A DNA stretch of 64,000 nucleotides, taken from the NCBI GenBank assembly GCA_030704615.1, contig CM060733.1, positions 73,532,001 to 73,596,000 on the forward strand, in the 5' to 3' direction. Shown piece after piece: positions 37,277 through 49,400 of the stretch (position 1 is the first letter of the stretch; each line of letters begins with the position of its first letter). The stretch is from Takakia lepidozioides (taxonomy: Eukaryota > Plantae > Bryophyta). The notes beneath the pieces are model-generated. The model had not been told where the DNA came from and made no database searches. It saw only the letters and a program-made list of their open reading frames with translations. A program made the translations under genes and the position numbers.

Positions 37277-39902
37277 ACAGAAGAGGGACGCAACTGGAAT
37301 GGCGGATCCACTGGCCACAAGGAACCCTCACGATGATGTTCCATAGCTCCTACACAGGATGGGGTGCAGCAGCACAATAGGCTGTTATTACTGGAAGCAC
37401 GGCCATTACAGAGGGAGGAAGAAGTCACCTCAATACCACGGCCAGCACAGCAAGCTGACTGGGTTGCCCCAGTGGTAACTCAGACCGGACATGCTGTTAC
37501 ACCAGAGCCTCTTACTGTGGAGAGAGAGAGGTTGGACATCCCCACTACAGAGCAAGTAGTGACAGAAATTGAGAAGGGCGACCTTCTCTATGAAAACTCT
37601 GGCATGGTTGGAGAACCCATGGTACCAAAGATGCAGAGTCTGCCCAAGGAAATCCCTGCTATGCTGGTTATGCCCAAACCTGTGGCGGAGGTTAAAGGGA
37701 TAAAAAGCAAGGGTACTGCAGCACATGTGGAAGATGAGGTTGCTCATGAAGAAGATCCTGTGGGATCATGGCCTGATTGGTTTGTGAAACATCAAACTGT
37801 AGAGAATCAGGAAGAACAGCAGCAGGTTCTCCATGAAGACCCACAACAAGCCATGCTTATGAGTTCTTAACCTATTGGGCACCTATGTCAAGACTCATGT
37901 TCCTTCCACTCAATTGGCAGCATTGCAGGAGGAGCTCAAGCAAGAGCTTGAGGCAAGAATTGCCACTGAGAAACAGGGTGGATGTGGAGGCCAACCTCAA
38001 CTTGCAGAAAGAGTTGGAGGACACTAAAGCTGCCCTATAGCTTGCGAAGGAAAATTTAATTGAAGCAGGTCTTGAGCAGGAGAAGTTGCATGAAGTGTAT
38101 AAGCAGCAGCTATACCAGATACAAATTCAGCATGAGGGCAAGTTGCATGAAGTGAAGTTGCTTTATATAGAATTGGAAGCAGTCCATCAGAAAATGATCA
38201 TACAGTATGCCACACTAACGACTAATATGGAGATGGCTGCACTGGAAGTCAAGAACCAAGCTGAGAGATGTATAACGGCGGAGACAGAGGCACTAGAGCA
38301 GGGGAAACTCATTGCGGACATGAAGGATACTATCTGTTGCAATGAAGATACACTTCAGCAGTTGCACCAGGTTGATGTCCAGAAGGACAAGTACATCTTT
38401 GAGTTGCAGCAAACCATCACAGTACGGGACAATGAACTTTCTGTGAGTGAAAAAAAACTTGGAAAGAAGCCAATAATCTGTCAGCTGCCTATGCAGCTCT
38501 GGTTGAGCCTCATGCAAAGTGCATGGAGAATTTGCAACAGCAATTGGAAGCATACAGGCTCAAGGAGGAGCAGGATCTCCGTGGTGTTACATAGGACTTG
38601 GTAGATAATCATCTTTTGCAAGAGTGGTTAACACAAGGGCCGGTGGAAGGGAAAGCACCAAGAAAGCTCACCCAAGATGAGATGAATGATCTCAGGCTAT
38701 GGGTGCAGAACATTGCCACAACCACTATAGACAATGACTATAGTCGGATAGCTAAGTTACAGGAGGATGTAGAAGGGCTGCAGACTCAAGTGGATGACTT
38801 GAGCTCCAACATTGACAAAAGGGCCTTTGTTCCTGAGCAACAGCTCATGGCTACTTATTTGCACGCAAGGATTTTGATTTTCCAATCTTCAGCACAGGAA
38901 GTGCAGGACTTGCCAACATCAGGAGGGACTGTGGCAACAACATCATAGCAACCACGCCAGGTCGACGGTGTTGATACCATGGCACTATAGTAATCACTGT
39001 CTGAGGTTTGGGGTGATGCTTCTTTTAACCCACCTACTACTCCTGCTGCACTTGAATACAATCGGGCTATGATTCTACCCTTCAACCAAATTCCCATTGT
39101 TATGGATTTGGCTTGGAAAGAATTCAGTCCTCCAGAGCCTTTGGCACACTATTACCAGATTATGCGCATTTGGTTGCTAGTGGCAACTCGGACTAAAGTT
39201 CTTCCAACTGACAGACCCATTGAAGATCACCATTTTGCGCGGTACTGGTCTGAGGCAGGAACCATGCTGAAGGAATTAATTGTCTTCCAGATTGTTCATG
39301 GATTCATTTACACCAAGACCAGGAGGTACCTAGTTTGGTCATGGGTTGTGGACTGTATTATGCTGCTTGTTTTATTTCACGCTATCACATTGAGCAGCAG
39401 AAGATGCAGATGAGATTTCAGACTTATTCTAGTGGGGAGCATTGGGTGTTACCTTCAATTCCATCACATACATATCTGTTTGATGTAAGGATCATGCTTC
39501 AGAAGGACCCCAACTTTGTTCTTGGTTTACTTTTGCTCTGGAGAACTTGGGTCTTGACCACATTTTTCCCAAGGGCATGAAGCTAGGAAGTGGCTACACT
39601 TCTCCAAAGTCATTGGCACACCACTCAGCTATACAGATGATGAGCTGCGGACATACACTAATCTTGCCCGCAAGAGGTTGACACAAGTCTTACAGTATAA
39701 GATTCCAGACATGGTGGGCATACACTGTATGCCAGTCAGGATTTCTGCGAAGCCACTGAAGGACATGAAACAGTACGGCCAACGGGGGGAAGATGATTCG
39801 GATACTACTTATTCTATGGACGGGAATTTGGACATGGCTGACGATTATGTGATACAAATGGCGGAGAAGAAACGACGGGGATCTCCTATGCCTGAAAAGT
39901 TG
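37277..39902 (+). pseudogene. More diverged copy (W) of the same gypsy 3' ORF, directly abutting the copy Y LTR
   Basis: ADPLATRNPHD, GKAPRKLTQ, PFNQIPIV, MAEKKRRGSPMPE; many stops and frameshifts. Confidence 0.8.
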
Positions 39903-41473
39903 CAAGAGACAATGGGAATTGATCACGGGAGACCCCCCTTGAGAAAACATACGGGAGAGGTCCCCTGAGTAGCACGGGAGACCTCCCCTGAGAAAATGTA
40001 CGGGAGAGGTCGCTTGAGTAGCACGGGAGACCTCCCCTGAGAAAATTCACAGGAGCGGCCCCTAAATAGCACGGGAGACCTCCCCTGAGAAAATGCTTGG
40101 GTCACCTGAGAAGCACGGGAGACCTCCCCTGACAAATTATCCTAATGCAATCAGTTGTGGGAAGATACGAAGAAATATACCTTGAGCTTGGTCCTGCCAT
40201 GGTGCCTGAAGAATATTCACACCAATCTATCATCAGCAATGCACCAATCAAATTACACCACGAAACCAGCAAAGCACGGGCTCGGCACCAGCTCTTTGGA
40301 TCGCCCTACTGAACGACAGACCGCACCACACAGCTGAACCTAACAAACGAACTCCTGAATACTGCTGAATGCAACAAACAACAGATGTAGAGCGCGGACA
40401 ATCCGACCCTCCTTCTCCTATCTCTTCCTCCCTCTCAAGCTCTCAAAACTGGTGGCTCTAAGTTTCAGCAGGGCTTTGCCGTCATGAAAATGTGAGAGGG
40501 AGAATGAACCAGGGAGCCTCAGCTTTTATACCCGGGGAGGCAGACCCATGCGATACCTTGCTATGGGTATGCCATGGCAGGCATGCCCGGTGCATGTCCC
40601 AAGAACTGCCACGCGCCCGCCATGCGCGAGATCCAAGCGGCGGCGGCCGCAGGGCTAGCAAACCTAGCCAATTATTAGGGGAGGGCTCCCGTGAAACGGC
40701 GTCTGCCACGCGCCCGCCATGCGCGAGATTCAAGCGGTGGCGGCAGCAGGGCCCGCAAACCTAGCCAATCATAATTATTAGGGGAGGGCTCCCATGAAAC
40801 GGCATCTGCCGCGCGCCCGCCATCCGCGAGATTCAAGCGGCGGCGGCCGCAGGGCCCGCAAACCTAGCCAATCATGATTATTAGGGGAGGGCTCCCGTGA
40901 AACGGCCCATTCAACTCATGAACATGGAAGGTTCTATGCCCTCCATCTGTAATGGACGGTCCAGATTCAACGATGCTTTTGAGCATGCATGTGATGGCAT
41001 ATCCATACTTAGTATTCCAGCACGTGGCGAGCAGGCAGGTTACGCATGTGTTGGAACGTCAGAGTACGGGAGGCCGCCCATGCCCGGATTCTTTGTACAT
41101 TCAATACCCACACTCCACACGGCCATAATGCGGCGGCAACGGCATTACTGAATGCAGCGGCGGCGCTACGGTACACTAGTGCGAATCTTACCTTCAATGA
41201 ATGCTGCAAGGGGAGAGCTCCCGTGGCGCGACGCAACGTCATCATGGTCATACGACATCCATCGAATCCGACGACTCAAATTAGATCTGGTATCCCATTG
41301 GACGGTTCCGATTACATTGATTTCGTCGTGTAGGTACACCATAGATGATATCCATCCACGTGGCGGCCACGCAGATGTCGTACTGTCGGGTACGGGAGGG
41401 CCCCCGTCCCAGTCATTATTGCAAGTAATTAATGAAACGATTCCCCTTTCTGCACAAGCCTCATATATGGGTG
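39903..41473. mobile_element. Left part of the ACGGGAG-palindrome element that is split by MULE-1 copy A
   Basis: ~48-bp tandem ACGGGAGACCTCCCC units at 39925-40135. Three ~100-bp GC-rich tandem units at 40610-40905. Continuity with 52855 onward is shown by the TSD. Confidence 0.5.
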
Positions 41474-41724
41474 GAGGTTAGCTATTTCATGAGCATGAGC
41501 GACATGAGCGGCATGAGCGGAGTAGTAAGACAATCGGTTTTCATGAGCAGAAGTACAAATTTCGAAAATAAAAAACAATAAAAAACAATAAAAACATTAA
41601 TTTAATGCAATGTGTCAGGAAAAACAAATATATTATTCGGCCCCTTGAAGGGAAAATTGTAGTTTTGACAGTTGTGCTCATGATATTTCGTCTTCCGCTC
41701 ATGCCAATTCCCAGCGACATGTGC

Positions 41725-42090
41725 AAATATGGCGCCGAATTTCGCGGTAATAGGGTCCGTAACCTGAAAAAACGGCGACATATTTCGCGGTAATAGGTCT
41801 CTCTGGCGAAAAATGGTGCCGAATTCCGCGGCTATAGGTCCCCTCATGACAGGTAATTTGGCGCCATTTTTCCAGTGCATGTTCGGACTTAGCCAGTTTT
41901 TGGCGCAAAATAGGGAAATTCGGCGCCATTTTTCCAGACACTGTACGAGTGCATGTTGGGACTTAGCCAGTTTTCGGCCCAAAAAAGAGAAATTTGGCGC
42001 CATTTTCCCAGACACAGGTACCAGTGCATGTTGGGACTTAGCCAGTTTTCGGCCCCAAAAAGAGAAATTCGGCGCCATTTTTCCAGAAAT
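41725..42090. repeat. Left subterminal array (~70-bp units, GAAATTCGGCGCCATTTT core)
   Basis: GCATGTTGGGACTTAGCCAGTTTTCGGCCCC units; also at 60620-60980. Confidence 0.9.
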
Positions 42091-42207
42091 GGCCTCACAA
42101 CTGCTTCTGTTGGATCTCAGTTTGAATGGAATATTGCCTCATTCCGAGCCGGCCGTTGCCATCCGATACACACGCCCAAGGCTGGGTGGGGGTACGTCCA
42201 CGGAGCT

Positions 42208-44464
42208 CTAAATAGTACAAGTCATCCCAAGAGCATTGGCAATCCGAGTCTCATTCAACTTGTTGGGAGGGTGTCGTCTCTTCACTCTTCCGAATCGCAT
42301 TGTGGGATGTGCAGAATTGTCCAATCCGTCTCTACTGGACCGAACAGTCTGCAATGGCTGGGTCTGAGGAACCGGAAATGCATGGGCCGGGATGTCTGTG
42401 CGTTGCACCATTCGAAATCCTGCTGCAGATAGAGCATCCGCCTCATTCTGAGAGAGCCTGCAACCCAGTGCAACAGGCCAGACGCCCGGAGGCTCCGGCA
42501 TTCCCTGAATCCCGTACTTGGGCTTGCCAAATACACACGTCATTATGTCGTGCCTACAGAACCAAAATGTCTGCGTTGTGGCGTGAGCAAATGTGGGAGT
42601 CAAAAAACTGCCGCTGAAACAAGGTGCAGGTACAGCACCGTGTGGGTTCCTCCGAATCATCTCACCACAGCGTGCTCTCGTATCCACCCGGATGGCGCAA
42701 CACTTCCCTCGAAATGCCGGCAATGTCCTCGCAATTCTCCACTGTGACTCCGACACTCTTGTCTCCACAATGGGAATGTTGTACTGCTTTACTACAGATG
42801 GCTCGTTATGTTGCCGGGGCACGCGCCCTGTGCTCAAAGGAGATGGCGATCTTGAACGTGCAGGACTTGCGGTGCTCGACGAGACCTCCTCGGGCAACAT
42901 CACCGGACCACGAGGGAGCGTGCAAATATTCTTGTCAGCTCGCCATGAATCCTCTTCTCCGCTAGGTGCCTCGTCAAGTCTTCGTCTCACTGGACGGGTA
43001 TGAACATCTCCTTCCAAATGTTGGCCTCTTCGCAGCAATGGCGTGTCCCGAAGGCCCTCTCGCAAGGCCGCCGCCCACTTCCGAGGATTCTTCGATCTAG
43101 AGGCAGTCCGCATCAGCATTTCCTGCGTGTCCGGCCCCAAGCCCCACTGTTTCCCTTTCACGAACTCGTTGTACCTGCATTGCTGCATAATTGACCTCAC
43201 AATGTCCTCCGTTGTGGCAGTGAGGATGTCCACCAGATGCGCCGCAGAGGAGGCACGCCAAGAAGAGTGCACTGATTCGGCTTGGAGCTGTATCTGTTTG
43301 GGTTTGGCACCCGGTCTCAACCTAACCTCCTCCTGAATGAGCTGCTCTGCCTCGTGGGCAGCCTCCCGCGAGTTCTCCCTCGCCAATTTGTGACAATGGG
43401 AACCAACGTGTATGCAAGCTCGGGTGAGGTCAGGGAAACGGTGCAACACATAGAACTGCTTGGCATTACAAACAGACATGCAGTGTGGTGGTTCTTTGCA
43501 ATGCGCACACTTAAATGTGGAGTTTGGAACCTTCTCCTGAGCTCGAAATGGTTGATGAGCTGTGCCTGTCCAATCGGTCTCGTTCCTGTGACCTCTGGAT
43601 TTAAAGTGGAAGCAAGTTGGGGAGAAACACCGCAACGCGCCTGCACAAACAACGTAGCGCACCCGCACACCATCGAGCATCTTCATGCTGGTGGTTTTGG
43701 TAACGCACCAAGGATGACCGTCATGTTTTCTATCCATATCTGTCAACATTCCGGACGCCCTCGAGCAGTCCGCCCGAGGAGGGAACTCAAAGAAGATATT
43801 ACCGTCGACGTCGGCGGGAAGGCATGTAACCGATTTAATTGCAAACTTGCTGTAGTCCAGCTCGGCCAGCTCCGACCGGTGTCCCTCCAGGTGAAGCCCT
43901 CGCAGAATTTCAAGAATAGATCGAACTGCGGTGCTCGTGCTGGCAATATGACTCCCTCCTCCAACTGACGTCCATTGAGGACTTGCCTGATCTCCAGGAC
44001 GACCTCGGAACTTCCATGACCTCGTCTGAGTCGGACAGGTTGTGAACAACCCGGTTCTCGCTCGTCTTCATGGATGGGTTCGGCTCTGGATTTACTTCGT
44101 TGCGGACTTCTCTCTTTGAGGTAGCCACTCTCTGATTCGCGGATTGTTTCGTGGAAGGCGCCAGGATAGAAGGTGCATTTGGCGGGCAAATGAAGTCCCC
44201 AACAGCCCTGTATATGACGCTGTCCGATGGTGGAACTCGCCATTCCCTGCCATCGCCGAAATCATCGTGGAGCACAACAATACTCTCGACAACAAGGCCG
44301 TTTGAGTCCTTCCTTTCCTCCTCCAAAAAAACCGACCCCGGTTTCAGGTGGTATCGAACGCACAAATATTTCTCCATCACCCGGCAGATGTCCCCTCTGC
44401 ACGGAAATGAAGCTCTATGCTCGTGAGGAGGGCGGTACACTGTAGCGCTCGGGTTTTCCGCCAT
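42208..44464 (-). pseudogene. MULE-1 transposase of copy A, lacking most of the DDE core and the SWIM finger
   Basis: In-frame fusion QIQLQ-AESVHSSW at ~43280 (1036-bp deletion relative to copy C) and a ~334-bp deletion at ~42145. Confidence 0.9.
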
Positions 44465-44739
44465 GGGAGATGTGCACACAAGACTGCCAAGATGGCGTGC
44501 GGGGAAGCTCCTTGGTAGAAGGGGGATGCAGCGATGGGAAGGAATGCGGTGCCGATTTGTCCGAGCGACGAAGCCTGATCCAGATCCAGGGAGCCAACTA
44601 TCTCAAAAATCCACAGTCAGAGTGTTAATGAACCTTGTCTCCGGAATGCGGCCCCTGGTCTTTGCGCAATAATTGCCAACGGTATGCAGTCAGAAAGTGG
44701 GGGGCCGTCCGGATGATGTCGGCTGAAGGGGAGAAGCCG

Positions 44740-46275
44740 GCACCGTGCCGTCACATTACTACCCCCGAATGGAAATTCGGCACCCAATATCCAACAGGGG
44801 CCGCACGGATGAAGTCGTCCGGGGCAGAGATGCCGGCACCTGTCCGACAGAAAACATCCCCCGGATGGAAATTCAGCGCCGAATTTCCATTCGGATCCAC
44901 CCAAAGGAAGTCCTGTCAGGGGGTCAGGCCGAAAACTGGCCGACCTAAAAACCTCCGCGGATGGAAAAACGGCGCCGAATTTCCATCCGAGGCCTTTCGG
45001 ATGCAGTCGGCTTGGGGGAAAGGCCGCCATCTGGCCCTCACATTACAACCCCCGGACGGAAATTCGGCACCGAACATACAACAATGGAAGCCCGGATGAA
45101 GTTGCCTTGGGCGCAGAGGCCGGCGCGTGTGCGACAGAGAACATCCCCTGGATGGAGATTCGGCGCCGAATTTCCATCCGGGCCCCCCCAAAGGAAGTCG
45201 TGTCGGGGGGTCAGGCCGAAAACTGGCCGGCATAAAAACATCCCCAGATGGAAAAACGGCGCCGAATTTCCATCCGGGGCGGTTCGGATGCAGTCGGGGA
45301 GGGGGGAGAGGCCGGCACCTGGCCGTCACATTTCAACCCCCGGACGGAAATTCGGCACCGAATATCCAATAGGGGACGCCCGGATGAAGTCGCCTTGGGC
45401 GTAGAGGCCGGCACGTGTTCGACAAAGAGCATCCCCTACATGGAGATTCGGCGCCGAATTTCCATCCGGACCCCCCCAAAGGAAGTCGTGTCGGGGGGTC
45501 AGGCCGGCACCTCTCCGACAGAGACCATCCCCCGGATGGAAATTCAGCGCCGAATTTCCATCGGGGCCCCCTCAAAGGAAGTCGTAAAAACCTCCCAGAA
45601 TGGAAAAACGGCGCCGAATTTCCGTCCGAGGCTGTTCCGATTTGCCTCTAGCAGTCAAGGATTCCAAGAAAAACGTGTCTACAAGTGCACTTCAGCCACA
45701 AAACAAACAGTTAGGTTTGTTTTTCTACGAAAAATCAATCGGACACGCTCAGAATTACCTGCAGGAAGGTAATTCAGCGCTTCGAAATACCTGGCGAATG
45801 GAAATTCGGCGCCGAATATCCATACGCTAGCGATCCGACTTACTTGCTGGATGGAAAGTCGGCGTCGGATTTCCATCCATCTGGGATTTGAATTACCTGC
45901 AGGATGGAAATTCGGCGCCGGATCTCCATCCATCCGCTCTTCGACCAACCTTGCGGATGGAAATCCGGCGCCGGATTTCCATCCATCCGCCTCCGAATTA
46001 CCTGCGTGAGGGAAATTTCGCGCGCCGCCCTACCTGCGCGGATGGAAATCCGGCGCCGGATTTCCATCCATCCGCCTCCGAATTACCTGCGTGCGGGAAA
46101 TTTCGCGCGCCACCCTACCTGCGCGGATGGAAATCCGGTGCCGGATTTCCATCCATCCGCCTCCGAATTACCTGCGTGAGGGAAATTTCGCGCGCCGCCC
46201 TACCTGCGCTTATGGAAATCCGGCGCCGGATTTCCATCCTGCAGCGCTCCGAATTACCTCTACGTTGGAAATTCC
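44740..46275. repeat. Central intergenic palindrome array of copy A
   Basis: Repeated GGATGGAAAT(T/C)CGGCGCCG(A/G)ATTTCCATCC. Confidence 0.9.
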
Positions 46276-46496
46276 TGGCCGAGTTCCGTCGTTTTTCATC
46301 CGACATGGAGGGCTTCATCCGACATTTAATTGCGCAGTTGGGCAATAATTGTCGACCGCCGTCCGTTTTCATTTGGGCTGGCGACACATGGCTTCCTGGA
46401 TACGTACCCTAAATCTGATGCTAATCTTGGCTTAACATGCTATTCGAGGCATGTACCCCAAAAACGGAGATCTTTTTTCCATTTTGGCTGGGACTT

Positions 46497-49400
46497 ATGC
46501 CGCCTGAAGGGCGTGGCTCTCCTGAGAGAGACCTCACATCCAGACCGCGGCGGAAGCTGAAAGCTCTGTACTACGGACGACAGCCAATCTCTCGCATGGC
46601 CAAACTGAAGCTCCAGCAGGAGATTCCAGTGTCTTGCTCACAACCCGCGCCAACTAAAGCCGAGTACTCTCAGGCAAGCCACTTCTGCTTTCGCTTTGTT
46701 CGATTTCGCTTTTGCTTTCGCTTTCGCTTTCGCTTTGTTGCCTCGCTTTGTTTTTGCATCTTCATCCTGGCTTCGCTGGATGAGTGAACCTTAGATAGTT
46801 GAGTGAACCTTAGATTGTTTGCAATGCGTGTGCAAATCCGGCAGCTCTGGAGAAGGCTGCTTGTGCATGTCATTCTCAGGCAATGGTTGCATTTGTTTTC
46901 ATTGTTGTTGCATGGCTCTCCATACTTCCTAAACTTGTTATGTTTTCATTTTTGTTACCCGATTGTTGCTATGGTGGTTGCGATGCTGGTTTTGGCACCG
47001 ATGTTGGTTCTCACGATTTTGGGAATGACAGAGTGACGACGAGCCCGGCATGCTGGTGGTATCATCGACTGCTGCAACTCATCGCATGTTTGAACCGCCC
47101 ACCTTGGAGCGAGAGGGCAAACTTCAACCTTTTGTTGGTGGACGGGAGGACCTGCAGCGAGAGTACGACAGAACAGGCATTGGGGAGGTTGGTGAAGGCC
47201 TCATGGCAGGTGAAGGGCGTGAGGAAGTGAGAACAGCAGATCCGGCAATGGAGGTTGTTGATGCAGAAGCAGTAGGGCCTGTCCAAGCAAAGAAGAAGAA
47301 GAAGAAAGCCAAGCACGTGCAATCCCCGGTGCGAGAGCCGTCACGGGCTGCGGAGGGGGGAGTTCGCAGTGCGCGCGAGGGTGTCAGTTCGCCTACCTCA
47401 AAGGTGGTCGTCCATCTGGGCTCCCCTGCTGCTAGCCCTAATAAGAAACAGAAAGCCCGTGAGAGGGCAAAAGAGAGGGCAAAAGAACAGGCAAGACACA
47501 ACGCTAGCCAGGAGGAAAGAGAAAAGGTCACTGAAGAGGCCAGGGGTTCCGAACTGACAGATTCCCATGTAAGTGAGGGACGCACAGAGACGGTGGATCC
47601 CTCCAAGACACCACAAAGAGGCAGTAGCACACCGGTTAGACCATCGCGGGCAAGAGCAGCCCCTGCAATTACCCATACGGTGGAGAGTGGAGGAGAGGAA
47701 AGAACACCAGAAAGAGCATGGATTGTGCAAGTTCGAGGTGAAGCCAGGGAGAGGGCAGTAGAGACGGGGAGAGTGCTAGAGGTGGTTTTGCAGGTGGCTG
47801 ACCCTGTTGAGGAGGACGACAGGGAGCTTTCTGACCAGGATGACATCCTCCCAAACATCCCCAGGCCCCAAACCCGGAGCATACAGGCTGGATTTGGCGG
47901 TCCTGGTGGGCTGCCGGAAAACCCCTCTGTAGCAGACGTCATGTCGGAGGCGGATATGAAGTTGGCCGCTGCCAAGATGTTGGAGGCAACCCACAGCAAC
48001 ATTGGTAGGGTGCTGGAGGGCATGGTGTACCCGGCCAAGCTTCGAATTCCCCTTTGCCGCTTGGTGTCATTGCAGGTGGTGAGACCTGCCCTCCCAGGCG
48101 ATATCGACAAACTGAAATTCTCTTTCCGGGATGGATATCGAATGGGGTCTGCCGCGTTTTACGTTTCCATTGAGAACGACCACGGAGCTTCCCGTGCCCA
48201 CACTTCCAATGAGGTGGACAAATGGGGTCCGCATTGGCAAACGCAAAATGAGGAGTTCGAGAGATCGATTGCTAGTGATCCTCTTTTCCAGCACTTGTCC
48301 GGTAAGATGTTCTATGTGTGGGATGGCAATCATCGCCTCCTAGCATGGATGGAGCACATTGCCCAAGCCCACCCCAACGACCTGGATTGGCATTTCGCCG
48401 TGGAGTGTGTTGTGCTGAAGGTTGCGGGGCCCAAAGATCGCAGTTTTCTCAAAGCTGCAATGGCGGACATCAACTCGTAAGTTACAACGCCTCTCGCTTT
48501 TGGACTTTGAATTTGGAAGTCATTTCATTGCGAATCCTCATATATGATGAAAATTCCCATTTCAGTATTGTTTGATGGAAATGTGGCACTGCAGGGTGAC
48601 TGAGAATGCCTTCATTGCCACCAACTTGTCCCATATGCTCTTCCGAGTGAAGGATGTCGGGAAGCAGGGGGTGCAAGAGTTTGCCAATTCCCTCAGTGCC
48701 GACCTCCTGCGCAAGTCGGAGGCAAAGGCAGACAGAACCTGGTATAGGCTGAGCGTCGACGCCATGGTGGACTACATATTTCGGGTAAAGCTCCTGACAG
48801 TTTTGTTGAGCTAATCTGTCTCTCCTCCCCCAATAGAAGAAAAGGTCTTCGCCATGATTTCTAATCTCCTCCCCCAATAGAAGAAATTGCGGAGGGCCCG
48901 CATAAAGTACAAGTCGCGGATGGTAAAGTACGTGGCCATAGCTGATCCCTCCCTTGGTGCCGACTTTCTGGTGGAGGTGGGGAAGCACTACTCTCGCACT
49001 CTGAAGCCCACGATGACATTTGAGAAGCTCCATCGTCTAGCCACATCCTGTGTGGATGCAACAGAAAAGGTGATACATTCTTAACCAAATTGTGGTGGCA
49101 ACAACTCCTTTTTGTGGTGTTTGGCGCTTACGAATATGCTGGGTGGTTGGACAGACCCGGTGGCTCCAAATCTGGAATGGTTCCCAAAGTACCAGGGACA
49201 TGTGGAGCTTCCCCAAACCGGACAAACTCTCTGACCCCACATTCGACATGTGGATGAACCGCATGACATGGTGGTTTCAGGTACTTCCCCACGCTTCGTT
49301 TGGGGCTTCTACTCTAGTAGAGGGTGGATTCATTGTATTTTTTCAGGAAAACGATCTGATGGAGAATCTCCATAGGTGTTGACAAATGCGCAAGAGCAGC

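Noticed and set aside
41465-41474. Canonical 9-bp Mutator TSD
   Set aside because: Only 8 bp match perfectly (7 if the element starts GG); both 9-bp registers have a mismatch.
46685-46755. (TTTCGC)n low-complexity tract giving an RF/KR-rich ORF
   Set aside because: A simple repeat within predicted intron 1.
47124-48110. Long antisense ORFs (e.g. 328 aa here, 6270-6941, 4207-4818)
   Set aside because: Shadows of real coding frames with no recognisable motifs.
47050-48480. Bacterial or phage contamination explaining the ParB/MTase motifs
   Set aside because: The gene has spliceosomal introns and lies inside a TIR/TSD-bounded element among plant-type retrotransposons.
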